From: Macrostomum lignano
Lineage: Eukaryota
Assembly: GCA_002269645.1 (NCBI GenBank)
Contig: NIVC01000989.1
Coordinates: 248,001 to 312,000, forward strand
Reading direction: 5' to 3'
Length of the DNA: 64,000 nucleotides
A program made the position numbers and the translations under genes. Of this stretch, positions 1-34,559 are shown in pieces (within the stretch, counting starts at the first letter, position 1; every line of letters starts with the position of its first letter). The notes under the pieces are model-generated. The model searched no databases, had not been told where the DNA came from, and saw only the letters and a list, made by a program, of their open reading frames with translations.

Positions 1-1046
1 ATGCATTCAAACATATTCTTAATGCATTCACACAGATTCTTAATGCATTCACACAGATTCTTAATGCATTCACACAGATTCTTAATGCATTCACACAGAT
101 TCTTAATGCATTCACACAGATTCCTAATCTTAGAATTCACACAGATTCCTAATGTTAAAATTCACACAGATTCCTAATCTTAGAATTCACACAGATTCCT
201 AATATTAAAATTCACACAGATTCCTAATCTTAGAATTCACACAGATTCTTAATGCATTTACACAGATTCTTAATGCATTTACACAGATTCTTAATGCATT
301 CACACAGATTCTTAATGCATTCACACAGATTCTTAATGTATTCACACAGATTCGTAATGCATTCACACAGATTCGTAATGCATTCACACAGATTCGTAAT
401 CTTAGAATTCACACAGATTCTTAATGCATTTACACAGATTCTTAATGCATTTACACAGATTCTTAATGCATTCACACAGATTCTTAATGCATTCACACAG
501 ATTCTTAATGTATTCACACAGATTCGTAATGCATTCACACAGATTCGTAATGCATTCACACAGATTCGTAATCTTAGAATTCACACAGATTCTTAATGCA
601 TTCACACAGATTCCTAATCTAAGCATTCACACAGATTCCTAATCTTCACATTCACACAGATTCCTAATCTTCACAGTCACACAGATTCCTAATCTAAGCA
701 CTCACACAGATTCCTAATCTTCACAGTCACACAGATTCCTAATCTTACCATTCACACACAGATTCCTAATCTTAGCATTCACACAGATTCCTAATTTTAG
801 CATTCACACAGATTCATAATCTTAGCATTCACACAGATTCCTAATCTTCACAGTCACACAGATTCCTATTCTTAGCATTCACACAGATTCCGAATTTTAC
901 ATTCACAAAGATTCCTATTCTTAGCATTCACACAGATTCCTAATCTTCACATTCACAAAGATTCCTATTCTTAGCATTCACACAGATTCCAAATTTTACA
1001 TTCACAAAGATTCTTAATCTAAGCATTCACACAGATTCCGAATCTT
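1..1046. repeat. ~21-bp minisatellite (CATTCACACAGATTCTTAATG), degenerating to the right
   Basis: Direct tandem units; source of ALRICVN repeat ORFs. Confidence 0.95.
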
Positions 1047-1402
1047 CATGCAGATGTTGAATCTTTAGACTGGTTCCAAATTTTCACACCGATTCAAATA
1101 GTTTATTTAATCTCTCCACAAACCAGAAACCTAACACTCCTAATTGACAGATTTCCAATCCAGATTTCTGCCATTGCCCGTCCAGCTAGTATTTTTAGCG
1201 ATCCTTGCTCTGCGAGAGCCTCTGTCAGCCAATCGGTAAACAGCAGAACTGCCATTGGCTATCAGATTTGGTATGTCCTGCATGCATCAAATAAAAGTGG
1301 CGCACAAACACACGACTAAAATTAAAACACAAGATTAAAATTTCATCGGCACAGAGAGACATCAATTCGACACCTTTGCCACAATTGTAAACAGCAATAA
1401 AA

Positions 1403-21244
<19,842 letters not shown>

Positions 21245-21250
21245 ATTGAG

Positions 21251-21256
21251 AATAAA
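21251..21256 (+). promoter_or_regulatory. Candidate polyadenylation signal of protocadherin
   Basis: AATAAA 6 nt after the TGA. Confidence 0.35.
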
Positions 21257-21339
21257 ATGTACAGATATATTAACTCTGCGTGCTTGGTTAATGAACTGTT
21301 TTATAAGTCCGATTTCTTTAGTGAATTTAGGGCGTTCAT

Positions 21340-21725
21340 TTGGTTGCTATGGTGAAATTGAAGGCTCTATTGTGGTTGCTATGGGAAATCTAAGGGTCTA
21401 TTTTGGTTGCTATTGGGAATCTAAGGGTCTATTTTGGTTGCTATTGAGAATTGAAGGCTCTGTTGTGGTTGCTATGGAGAATTGAAGGCTCTATTGTGGT
21501 TGCTATGGGGAATTAAAGGCTCTGTTGTGGTTGCTATGGGGAAATGAAGACTGTATTATGGTTGCTATGGTGAATTGAAAGCTCTGTTTTGGTTGCTATG
21601 GAGAATTGAAGGCTCTGTTGTGGTTGCTATGGGGAATTAAAGGCTCTGTTGTGGTTCCTATGGGGAATCTAAGGATAAATTGTGGTTTCTATGGGAAATC
21701 TAAGGCTCTATTTTGGTTTCTATGG
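21340..21725. repeat. ~31-32-bp minisatellite (GGTTGCTATGG..GAAGGCTCT..)
   Basis: Tandem units just 3' of the pcdh stop. Confidence 0.88.
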
Positions 21726-22267
21726 TAAACATGCGACCTAAGACCGTTTGTTTCACTTAGAAGCAACTCTGAAAAAGTATGATTAGCTCGTAATAACGAC
21801 CACAAGGATAGATTGCCACATTCCTAGTGTTGGAAATTTTCAATACAATATAATCTTGTTAATCCAAGTCTAACTATCCTTGGCGAATGTCAAGTAGACT
21901 TTTCATTTGTTGTCCAGCGCATGCTGCTATTGCTAAAGCAATGTTTTCCAGCTTGATTAAAAATGTCTTACTGGCAAAATATGAGACTTTGAGATAAAAT
22001 CGATAACCAACAGATATACTGTACAGTTTATTACAAATAATTCACTGCGATCTTGTTAATTCGTTTATTTGTATTAAAAACTATGAAACAGGTTTTTTGC
22101 CAAAATAAACTTCTTAATACTCTGTAATATTTCTCCAAGTTTTGTAACAATGTTATTAATAGTACATTCTTATAAATTATGGGCCGAAGCGGCCCCTGTA
22201 TTATACCCTGTAAATACACAGCTGTTTTTAGTTTAATTATTCGTTTTGATTATTATAGAGCTTACTG

Positions 22268-22852
22268 CAATCCAGCATCATTAATCAAGCATCATTAATC
22301 AAGCATCGTTAATCAAGCATCGTTAATCAAGCATCGTTAATCCTGCATCGTTAATCCAGCATCGTTAATCCAGCATCGTTAATCCAGCATCGTTAATCCA
22401 GCATCGTTAATCCAGCATCGTTAATCCAGCATCGTTAATCCAGCATCGTTAATCCAGCATCATTAATCTGACATCGTTAATCCTGCATCGTTAATCCAGC
22501 ATCGTTAATCCTGCATCGTTAATCCAGCATCGTTAATCAAGCATCGTTAATCCAGCATCGTTAATCCAGCATCGTTAATCAAGAATCGTTAATCCAGCAT
22601 CGTTAATCAAGCATCGTTAATTTAGCATCGGTAATCCAGCATCGTTAATCAAGCATCGTTAATCAAGCATCGTTAATCAAGCATCGTTAATTTAGCATCG
22701 GTAATCCAGCATCGTTAATCAAGCATCGTTAATCAAGCATCGTTAATCAAGCATCGTTAATCCAGCATCGTTAATCCAGCATCGTTAATCCAGCATCATT
22801 AATCTGACATCGTTAATCCAGCATCGTTAATCCAGCATCGTTAATCCAGCAA
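22268..22852. repeat. 14-bp minisatellite (GCATCGTTAATCCA)
   Basis: Tandem units. Confidence 0.95.
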
Positions 22853-23626
22853 CGACAATGCATCACTGTTAATCCTGCAATTTCTTGTCAAATTGCACTA
22901 GTTTGATTACCCCAGCTGACTCTCTGAGCAGCTGAGAGGCTATCCGTCCCTCATTCAACCTCCAATCACGCTCTCATGACCCCAGGCCTCTCAACTGAAC
23001 TCTTGACGACTACTTCATGGCCTTTCAATTCACACGTGTCAATCAATTACAACTCCTACCCTCCTTAGGTGTCGAAGCATGTGTCTCTGCCCTTTTTTCA
23101 ACCCCAATCAGTAAATTGGTGTGACCGACCTTTCTGAATTCTTGCAGTTTTTTTTTCTATAATTTTAATACTTCATCAAAAAACAGTCGAGATCTCAGTG
23201 ATTGACCTTGAGCAAGTTCAGTTTAATTGAGCTTCTGCAATTCTCTCTCTCTTTCTCTCTCTCTCTCTCGCTCTCTCTCTTTCTCTCTGGTATTTTAAGT
23301 CCGAAATTTGCTTTTGTATTGACATGAAAGTCCTGTGCGATTCTGTGGGCCCATCCGCTATCAAGTTCCCAATGATGCTCAACATCCCATGCATTGCTTG
23401 GGGATTGGAATTCAATTCTTCATCAACTCAAAAATAGGCAGCATAAGTATTTTTAATAGGGCTGAAATTTCATCTTTTGAAAGCTTTGCTGTGTTGATTG
23501 GAAGTTGGAATTTAACTAAAACTGCATACAGACACGCGGGCTGAATCCATTAGTAACTGAAGACAAAATCAATTTGTTCAGTTCGAGATGGCTTGGAGCT
23601 GAGGTGCGGTTTCTATGCATGTACTG

Positions 23627-23652
23627 TATCTATCTGTCTATCTGTCTATCTG

Positions 23653-23683
<31 letters not shown>

Positions 23684-23800
23684 GTCTATCTATCTATCTA
23701 TCTGTCTATCTGTCTATCTGTCTATCTATCTGTCTATCTGTCTATCTATCTGTCTATCTATCTGTCTATCTGTCTATCTATCTGTCTATCTATCTATCTG

Positions 23801-23831
<31 letters not shown>

Positions 23832-23996
23832 GTCTATCTATCTATCTATCTATCTATCTGTCTATCTATCTATCTATCTATCTATCTGTCTATCTATCTA
23901 TCTATCTATCTGTCTATCTATCTATCTGTCTATCTATCTATCTATCTATCTATCTGTCTATCTATCTATCTATCTATCTATCTGTCTATCTATCTG

Positions 23997-24039
<43 letters not shown>

Positions 24040-24068
24040 GTCTATCTATCTATCTGTCTATCTATCTG

Positions 24069-24127
<59 letters not shown>

Positions 24128-24136
24128 GTCTATCTG

Positions 24137-24231
<95 letters not shown>

Positions 24232-24240
24232 GTCTATCTG

Positions 24241-24319
<79 letters not shown>

Positions 24320-24361
24320 GTCTATCTATCTATCTATCTATGTATCTATCTATCTATCTAA

Positions 24362-24402
<41 letters not shown>

Positions 24403-24403
24403 A
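23627..24403. repeat. (TCTA)n/(TCTG) microsatellite
   Basis: Tandem units. Confidence 0.98.
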
Positions 24404-24844
24404 ATCAGCTACTTCACCTTTGTCAGTTCTGAATGCAGACATTTACCACAGCTAAGATAGTTCCGTGGGTCAGAGTCGGCAAAGTTTTATTGAGCCTTTG
24501 TTGTGTGAGGAGGCACGTCACAAAGGGAAACAGAAGATCTTCAGAAGCAGAGAAGCCCAGATTCCCGACAGAGCCAGCCGGGACTTCTATTGATGCTGGT
24601 CCGAAATCTCGGTTTCATTAGCGAAAGTTGTGGGAACTTCAGGGCTCTGCAGTGTGGGAGTCAAGTGTGCCGCCGCTTCTGGCGCACACAAGTTGGACAA
24701 GTTTGGAACTCTTCAACAAGTGGTTTAAGATTGACGCTGGTGATTTAAGAGGCAGGTTGAGAGATGCAATTGCAAATAGCTTTCTGCTTATGAGTTTTCC
24801 GTTTGAGGCCAGTTACCCCGGTAAATATGGTTTCCCTATTTGCT

Positions 24845-27330
24845 TAACAGGTGACTTTACTGTCTAACAGGTGGCTTTACTGTCTAACAGGTGACTTTAC
24901 TGTCTAACAGGTGACTTTACTGTCTAACAGGTGACTTTACTGTCTAACAGGTGGCTTTACTGTCTAACAGGTGACTTTACTGTCTAACAGGTGACTTTAC
25001 TGTCTAACAGGTGGCTTTACTGTCTAACAGGTGACTTTACTGTCTAACAGGTGACTTTACTGTCTAACAGTTGACTTTACTGTCTAACAGGTGACTTTAC
25101 TGTCTAACAGGTGACTTTACTGTCTAACAGGTGACTTTACTGTCTAACAGGTGACTTTACTGTCTAACAGGTGGCTTTACTGTCTAACAGGTGACTTTAC
25201 TGTCTAACAGGTGACTTTACTGTCTAACAGTTGACTTTACTGTCTAACAGGTGACTTTACTGTCTAACAGGTGACTTTACTGTCTAACAGGTGACTTTAC
25301 TGTCTAACAGTTGACTTTACTTTCTAACAGGTGGCTTTACTGTCTAACAGTTGACTTTACTGTCTAACAGGTGACTTTACTGTCTAACAGGTGACTTTAC
25401 TGTCTAACAGGTGACTTTACTGTCTAACAGGTGACTTTACTGTCTAACAGGTGACTTTACTGTCTAACAGGTGGCTTCACTGTCTAACAGGTGACTTTAC
25501 TGTCTAACAGGTGGCTTTACTGTCTAACAGGTGGCTTCACTGTCTAACAGGTGACTTTACTGTCTAACAGGTGACTTTACTGTCTAACAGGTGGCTTTAC
25601 TGTCTAACAGGTGACTTTACTGTCTAACAGGTGACTTTACTGTCTAACAGTTGACTTTACTGTCTAACAGGTGACTTTACTGTCTAACAGGTGACTTTAC
25701 TGTCTAACAGGTGACTTTACTGTCTAACAGGTGACTTTACTGTCTAACAGGTGGCTTTACTGTCTAACAGGTGACTTTACTGTCTAACAGGTGACTTTAC
25801 TGTCTAACAGTTGACTTTACTGTCTAACAGGTGACTTTACTGTCTAACAGGTGACTTTACTGTCTAACAGGTGACTTTACTGTCTAACAGTTGACTTTAC
25901 TGTCTAACAGGTGGCTTTACTGTCTAACAGTTGACTTTACTGTCTAACAGGTGACTTTACTGTCTAACAGGTGACTTTACTGTCTAACAGGTGACTTTAC
26001 TGTCTAACAGGTGACTTTACTGTCTAACAGGTGACTTTACTGTCTAACAGGTGGCTTCACTGTCTAACAGGTGACTTTACTGTCTAACAGGTGGCTTTAC
26101 TGTCTAACAGGTGGCTTCACTGTCTAACAGGTGACTTTACTGTCTAACAGGTGACTTTACTGTCTAACAGGTGGCTTTACTGTCTAACAGGTGACTTTAC
26201 TGTCTAACAGATGACTTTACTGTCTAACAGGTGACTTTACTGTCTAACAGGTGACTTTACTGTCTAACAGGTGACTTTACTGTCTAACAGGTGACTTTAC
26301 TGTCTAACAGATGACTTTACTGTCTAACAGGTGACTTTACTGTCTAACAGGTGGCTTCACTGTCTAACAGGTGACTTTACTGTCTAACAGGTGGCTTTAC
26401 TGTCTAACAGGTGGCTTCACTGTCTAACAGGTGACTTTACTGTCTAACAGGTGACTTTACTGTCTAACAGGTGGCTTTACTGTCTAACAGGTGACTTTAC
26501 TGTCTAACAGGTGACTTTACTGTCTAACAGTTGACTTTACTGTCTAACAGGTGACTTTACTGTCTAACAGGTGACTTTACTGTCTAACAGGTGACTTTAC
26601 TGTCTAACAGGTGACTTTACTGTCTAACAGGTGGCTTTACTGTCTAACAGGTGACTTTACTGTCTAACAGGTGACTTTACTGTCTAACAGTTGACTTTAC
26701 TGTCTAACAGGTGACTTTACTGTCTAACAGGTGACTTTACTGTCTAACAGGTGACTTTACTGTCTAACAGTTGACTTTACTGTCTAACAGGTGGCTTTAC
26801 TGTCTAACAGTTGACTTTACTGTCTAACAGGTGACTTTACTGTCTAACAGGTGACTTTACTGTCTAACAGGTGACTTTACTGTCTAACAGGTGACTTTAC
26901 TGTCTAACAGGTGACTTTACTGTCTAACAGGTGGCTTCACTGTCTAACAGGTGACTTTACTGTCTAACAGGTGGCTTTACTGTCTAACAGGTGGCTTCAC
27001 TGTCTAACAGGTGACTTTACTGTCTAACAGGTGACTTTACTGTCTAACAGGTGGCTTTACTGTCTAACAGGTGACTTTACTGTCTAACAGATGACTTTAC
27101 TGTCTAACAGGTGACTTTACTGTCTAACAGGTGACTTTACTGTCTAACAGGTGACTTTACTGTCTAACAGGTGACTTTACTGTCTAACAGATGACTTTAC
27201 TGTCTAACAGGTGACTTTACTGTCTAACAGGTGACTTTACTGTCTAACAGGTGACTTTACTGTCTAACAGGTGACTTTACTGTCTAACAGGTGACTTTAC
27301 TCTCTAACAGGTGACTTAACAATCTAACAG
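24845..27330. repeat. 20-bp minisatellite (GTGACTTTACTGTCTAACAG), ~124 copies
   Basis: Exact 20-bp periodicity visible across 60-nt lines. Confidence 0.98.
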
Positions 27331-27802
27331 CCAGGTGACGCCCAAATAAAGGTGCCAAGAGCTGGGGGTATTTAATTTATGCTGACTCTTTAGAAAAACA
27401 CGGAAGAAGCCCTGACAGCACGCAAGACTCAGTTTGAATGAGGCAGTTTGCAGTTCGTTAATAAGTCTTAATCAACAATAAGCGACCGCTCGAGCCCGCC
27501 TCAGCTATTCAAAGTGTCCGGTGACGAGTTTGCTCACCCACCCTATCCGCCGCGAACATTCGAGCGTTGATAAATCCTCAAATTGCGTGACTGCCTACCT
27601 GCCACGCAGTCGGATAACTGGGGCAGCGCGGGGGGGGCTGCCTGGAAAGGAAAAACTGCTGCAGGTCTGTCTGGGACCCCCATGCTGGCTTCAATGAATC
27701 GACACATTTTGGTAAAGTGAATAAAGAATGACTGCAAAGTGTAGCTAATTTTGGGCGGACTGTCTGCGCTGGGCTGCACGCTTCAAGGTTAAAGGAGGAG
27801 CA

Positions 27803-28333
<531 letters not shown>

Positions 28334-28995
28334 AGATTGTGAGATAGCTATATGAGCAGAGCAAAAGCCATTAAGTCAGGCAGTCATCAAACCCAAGCGC
28401 AAGGAAAGAGAAGTCACTGAGGGGACAAAGACGGACAGGCAGACAACCCGGAGACTTGGGAGAATTGGCCTGGGGGCAGAAAGGAAGTCCCCCTATTGAC
28501 AAACCGAACAATGGGAGCGGGGATCAGGCCTTCTTACTGAGTGAAGGGGGACCGCACTAGTTGATTGCTCCCCCTGATGTCCGAGCTGGAGCGGATGGGG
28601 AGAATCGTGCCGGCTTCTCCAGACCAGCCTCAAAAAGGCCATTCCGGAGCTTCAATCATTTCGCTTATCAACAAAGCGGCTTCGGCTTTGAGGCCTGGGG
28701 GCGCGGGGCGAGTTGTCTTCAAGCATGCCAATACTCTTTGGGCCGCCCGCTGTGCTGCTTTGGTAAAGCGACTACCAAAAAAGGAAGCCCATTGTTCAGA
28801 TTTCTTACCCTCTTTTTTTACAGAACTGAACCTTTATAATATTTGAATTCTCATTAGTTGAATTGCGGGCCTGGAAAATATTGAAATTTGGATTTTGCTG
28901 GGCGGTGGTTAGGGAATGGAAATTGGCTTTTGTACTCTTCTGTGTTTGAAATCCAAGATTGATCCCTTTCTTGGATTTTCGATTTCTTCCTTGCT

Positions 28996-29178
28996 GTCTC
29001 TATCCCTATCTCTATCTCTATCTCTATCTCTATCTCTATCTCTATCTCTATCTCTATCTCTATCTCTATCTCTATCTCTATCTCTATCTCTATCTCTATC
29101 TCTATCTCTATCTCTATCTCTATCTCTATCTCTATCTCCATCTCTATCCCTATCTCTATCTCTATCTTTGTCTCTATC
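28996..29178. repeat. (ATCTCT)n hexanucleotide microsatellite
   Basis: Tandem units. Confidence 0.96.
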
Positions 29179-29691
29179 TTTAAATGTCTATCTTTCTCTT
29201 TCGCATTTTCTAATTTAACGTTTTATTCTCTTTTTTGACCTTCAAGCCCTACTCAGCTGTTCTATCATCATTAATAGCAATCATTGAGATAGTTCAAAGC
29301 CGTACGGCAGTTAATATTTTCAATCTGTCGAGCTGCTTCGAGATAATTTTTGCTCCTAATTAATTCCCCGAACCCAAATTCAGCCAGCAAGGACAGCAGA
29401 GGTGAGACTTCAACTTGGTGCAAGAACAGAAATGCCTTCAGTCAGTTCCTCATTAGTGCAAGGCAGGACATGAATTCTTTTACCGAAATTTTACTTCGCT
29501 TCAGGTTTTTTGTCATCTTTTGCTCGTTGCTCTCCACGGGCAATAAAATTCTTATATCGACGAAAACTATTCCTGCAAAAAGTTGCCATCATGTCCTTAC
29601 TGTGCTACTTATGGTAGAAAAATGCGTTTTTCTGTAAAGGAACAACACTTTAACTATTTTTGTTGCTCTCCATTTTTTGAAATATCTACTC

Positions 29692-30535
29692 TCCAATCTA
29701 TAACATCTATTCTCCAATCGATAACATCTACTAGCCAATCGATAACATCTAATATCCAATCTATAACATCTACTCTGCAATCTATAACATCTACTCTCCA
29801 ATCTATAACATCTACTCTCCAATCTATAACATCTACTCTCCAATCTATAACATCTACTCTCCAATCTATAACATCTACTCTCCAATCTATAACATCTACT
29901 CTCCAATCTATAACATCTACTCTCCAATCGATAACATCTACTATCCAATCTATAACATCTACTCTCCAATCTATAACATCTACTCTCCAATCTATAACAT
30001 CTACTCTCCAATCGATAACATCTACTATCCAATCTATAACATCTACTCTCCAATCGATAACATCTACTATCCAATCTATAACATCTACTCTCCAATCTAT
30101 AACATCTACTCTCCAATCTATAACATCTACTCTCCAATCTATAACATCTACTCTCCAATCTATAACATCTACTCTCCAATCGATAACATCTACTCTCCAA
30201 TCTATAACATCTACTCTCCAATCTATAACATCTACTCTCCAATCTATAACATCTACTCTCCAATCGATAACATCTACTCTCCAATATATAACATCTACTA
30301 TCCAATCTATAACATTTAATCTCCTATCTATAACATCTACTCTCCAATCGATAACATCTACTATCCAATCTATAACATCTACTCTCCAATCTATAACATC
30401 TACTCTCCAATCTATAACATCTACTCTCCAATCTATAACATCTACTATCCAATCTATAACATCTACTCTCCAATCTATAATATCTACTCTCCAATCTATA
30501 ACATCTACTCTCCATTCTCAAACATCTACTCTCCA
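29692..30535. repeat. 21-bp minisatellite (CTACTCTCCAATCTATAACAT)
   Basis: Tandem units; source of TSTLQSI ORFs. Confidence 0.96.
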
Positions 30536-30924
30536 TTTATCTGTGACTGTTTTGCCTTTGATTTTCATAAGCATAAATATCGATTTTAATTTACTATTTC
30601 TTGTGAAATATCGAAAATAGACGCTTCATAAAGGAAAATGTAAAGGCCTACATATTGTTGCTCACCCCAATGCTCATTTTGCTTCAAAACAATATCCTGC
30701 GGATTAATTCTTAAGTATCTTACTTGCACACGCTGAAGACACAGGAATCTTATCTCCAGAAATTTGAGCGCACAGTTATTCTTTTTCTTGTTCCTGTCTC
30801 CTCACATAGCTACATGCGTGCAGAGGATTGTAGCCAATGTGAACCACGGACTTCTCTACACTTAGATGCCTGGACTGGAAGCATGTAACGATGGACGGCT
30901 AAAATCCAAAAGCAAAAAGAGGCG

Positions 30925-31622
30925 ATGAACACCAGAGGCGCCAAAATGTGCATCAGAGGCGCCAAAATGAACATCAGAGGCGCCAAAATGAACATCAGAG
31001 GCGCCAAAATGAACATCAGAGGCGCCAAAATGAACATCAGAGGCGCCAAAATGAACATCAGAGGCGCCAAAATGAACATCAGAGGCGCCAAAATGAACAT
31101 CAGAGGCGCCAAAATGAACATCAGAGGCGCCAAACTGAACATCAGAGGCGCCAAAATAAACATCAGAGGCGCCAAACTGAACATCAGAGGCGCCAAAATG
31201 AACATCAGAGGCGCCAAAATGAACATCGGAGGCGCCAAAATGAACATCGGAGGCGCCAAAATGAACACCAGAGGCGCCAAAAGGAACACCAGAGGCGCCA
31301 AAATGAGCATCAGAGGCGCCAAAATGAACATCAGAGGCGCCAAACTGAACATCAGAGGCGCCAAACTGAACATCAGAGGCGCCAAACTGAACATCAGAGG
31401 CGCCAAAATGAACATCAGAGGCGCCAAAATGAACATCGGAGGCGCCAAAATGAACATCGGAGGCGCCAAAATGAACACCAGAGGCGCCAAAAGGAACACC
31501 AGAGGCGCCAAAATGAGCATCAGAGGCGCCAAAATGAGCATCAGAGGCGCCAAAATGAACACCAGAGGCGCCAAAATGAACACCAGAGGCGCCAAAATGG
31601 CTCTCAGAGGCGCCAAAATGAG
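30925..31622. repeat. 21-bp GGCGCC minisatellite (GAACATCAGAGGCGCCAAAAT)
   Basis: Tandem units. Confidence 0.96.
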
Positions 31623-32084
31623 CAACGTGAGTAAATAAAAATCATTAGAACTTGTGAAGGCAATGATACATCAGCTGTCTTAATGAATTAGCCTTCATTA
31701 GCCTGGGCACAACTCACCGGGTTTGTACTGGGTTTGGAGGGCATCAGAGAAGGCAGATGGATGCATATGCGTACCGACATGATTCACTATAGCCATCCAT
31801 CACTGTCAAGCCAGTGTAATACAGAGAATTGAAATATATCTACATGTCTACATTCTCGCTAAATCGGCACATGTATAGAGGAGAATAGACAGCCAAACTG
31901 CTCTGGTATTAGCACACACAATAGTAAGCTACATGTAGTTGCTCATATTTTGTAAAAAATATTCTTCACATTGGTAGAGAGTAAAAATATTTCAAATTAT
32001 TGAATTGCACTTCTATAATATTGTGTAAAATATTGTACTTTGGCCAGAAGAGCAAGAGAGGAGAAAATCTACAATGTAGATTAT

Positions 32085-32515
32085 ATTGTGATAAAATCAA
32101 TGACGGGGTAATAAAATCGGTGACAGTGTGATAAAATCGGTGAATGTGGGATAAAATCGGTGACAGTGTGATAAAATCGGTGACAGGGTGATAAAATCAG
32201 TGACAGTGTGATAAAATCGGTGACAGGGTGATAAAATCAGTGACAGTGTGATAAAATCGGTGACAGGGTGATAAAATCAGTGACAGTGTGAAAAAATCGG
32301 TGACAGGGTGATAAAATCAGTGACAGGGTGATAAAATCAGTGACAGTGTGATAAAATCGGTGACAGTGTGATAAAATCTGTGACAGGGTAATAAAATCGG
32401 TGACAGGGTGATAAAATCAGTGACAGGGTGATAAAATCGGTGACAGGGTGATAAAATCAGTGACAGGGTGATAAAATCGGTGACAGGGTGATAAAATCTG
32501 TGACAGGGTGATAAA
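32085..32515. repeat. 20-bp minisatellite (GTGATAAAATCGGTGACAGG)
   Basis: Tandem units. Confidence 0.94.
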
Positions 32516-32994
32516 ATTGGGTATTCTTCTCCTGTGCCTTGAATCCTATTAAGAGATATTAAACGCACAGTGCTACTCAGCATTGCAGACAGTCAGTTTA
32601 AATAAAAAATGCAATGAGTAAAGCAGAAACGCAGTCTGTCTAAAATGTGTGAATGCACTTTACGCGCGTGCTACAGAAGCTACCGGGAAAAGTGGATTAG
32701 AAGAGAAGATTAGTTAAGAGAGCCTTTATATTTGAGCACATACTCGTAAAGAGTGGAGCACTCGCTAAAATGAATTTTTTTCTTGGCCGATCTGCTCATC
32801 CAGACTATAATTCTGTTTCTCTGTGTTTGAACTAATTTTTTTTTTCGTTGCTTTGGACAGAACAGGAATTGGGGTTTGGGTGAGAATGGCGAGTGATGCA
32901 TCTACGTATTCTGCTGTTTAATTAAAGAGGCCACGGGCCATGGAGGATCAAACAGAGAACCTAGACAACATTAAACATAAATTTTGTAAAAATT

Positions 32995-33815
32995 CTGATA
33001 AAATCAGTGAACGTGTGATACATTGAATGACAATGTGATAAAATCGGTGAACGTGTGATACATTGAATGACAATGTGATAAAATCGGTGAACGTGTGATA
33101 CATTGAATGACAATGTGATAAAATCGGTGAACGTGTGATACATTGAATGACAATGTGATAAAATCGGTGAATGTGTGATACATTGAATGACAATGTGATA
33201 AAATCGGTGAACGTGTGATATATTCAGTGACAGAGTGATAAAATCGGTGGATGTATGATATATTCAGTGACAGAGTGATAAAATCGGTGAATGAGTGATA
33301 AATTCAGTGACAGAGTGATAAAATCGGTGGATGTGGGATATATTCAGTGACAGAGTGATAAAATCGGTGAATGTGTGATATATTCAGTGACAGAGGGATA
33401 AAATCGGTGGATGTATCATATATTCGATGATAGTGTGATAAAATCGGTGAATGTGTGATAAAACCGGTGAATGTGTGATAAAATCGGTGGATGTGTGATT
33501 TATTCAGTTACAGGGCGATAAAATCGGTGAATGTGTGATAAATTCAGTGACAGAGTGATAAAATCGGTGGATGTGTGATATATTCAGTTACAGGGCGATA
33601 AAATCGGTGAATGTGTGATAAATTCAGTGACAGAGTGATAAAATCGGTGGATGTGTGATATATTCAGTGACAGAGTGATAAAATCGGTGGATGTATGAAT
33701 ATTCAGTGACAGAGTGATAAAATCGGTGGATGTATGATATATTCAGTGACAGAGTGATAAAATCGGTGAATGAGTGATAAAACCGGTGAATGTGTGATAA
33801 AATCGGTGAATGTGT
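32995..33815. repeat. ~40-bp minisatellite built from two related 20-mers (GTGATAAAATCGGTGA..)
   Basis: Tandem units, related to the 32085 array. Confidence 0.92.
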
Positions 33816-34559
33816 TAATTTCCACTCATCTCTGCTTCCAATCCAGATTTCTAACTCAAGACTTCTTTTGCCAGTAGGCCGAGATCATAGTAATCCTTGG
33901 AAAAGTACTCGGGAAGATTCTAGCCAATAATATTTTCATATTTCTTCTGCAGTTAAAAATTTTAGAGTCGAATTGTTCAAGCCTAAAGGATGTACAGCCT
34001 GAGTGGTGTATCCAGCCGTATGCAAATACTTTTCCAAAAATTTCTGCATTGCAGATTCTATACAGAATGCAATGCGCCTAGCTGGGAACGCAGTTTCTGA
34101 AATAAGGGAAAATGTCATGTTTCACAGTTCAACGGACCTGAATCTAGGTCGGGCCAGAATTTCCAACCCTGTCCCTGGCCCTCTTCATCGGGTTGTCGAA
34201 GATGTTTATTATTTTATATATTGCCGTAGCCAAAATTTGCATCTGGGGGAGAAGGAAAAGGCCATGACAGCCGACTGTAACATGATCTGGCGCCTGAAAG
34301 TCCTTTTTGTCAGAGAACAAAATATTATAGCGCTAATTTAGCGCCAAATTGGAGATTTTAGCGCTGATTTAGCTTTACGGGGGAGTTTTAGCTATTATAT
34401 TGTGTTTCTACCTACTGCTGTGGCTCATGGGGAATTGCTGAAATTCTGTGGCTCATTGGGCTTACTCAAATGCTTTGAGCCAATGCTCATAAGATACCTT
34501 AGACTAGATAGCTAAGTGGCTTTCTGGGTTGATGATTTTTGTTTTAAACATCGTTTTCC

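Noticed and set aside
205-642. ORFs with ALRICVN / MHSHRFL repeats
   Set aside because: Translations of a 21-bp minisatellite, open in several frames on both strands.
24845-27330. CRISPR-like appearance of regular repeats (also the 80-bp and 50-bp arrays)
   Set aside because: Head-to-tail units with no unique spacers, no cas genes, eukaryotic context.
29583-31638. 345-aa TSTLQSI and 237-aa IRGAKMN ORFs (mucin- or antifreeze-like look)
   Set aside because: 21-bp units are multiples of 3 and open in multiple frames and strands; no signal peptide or splice context.
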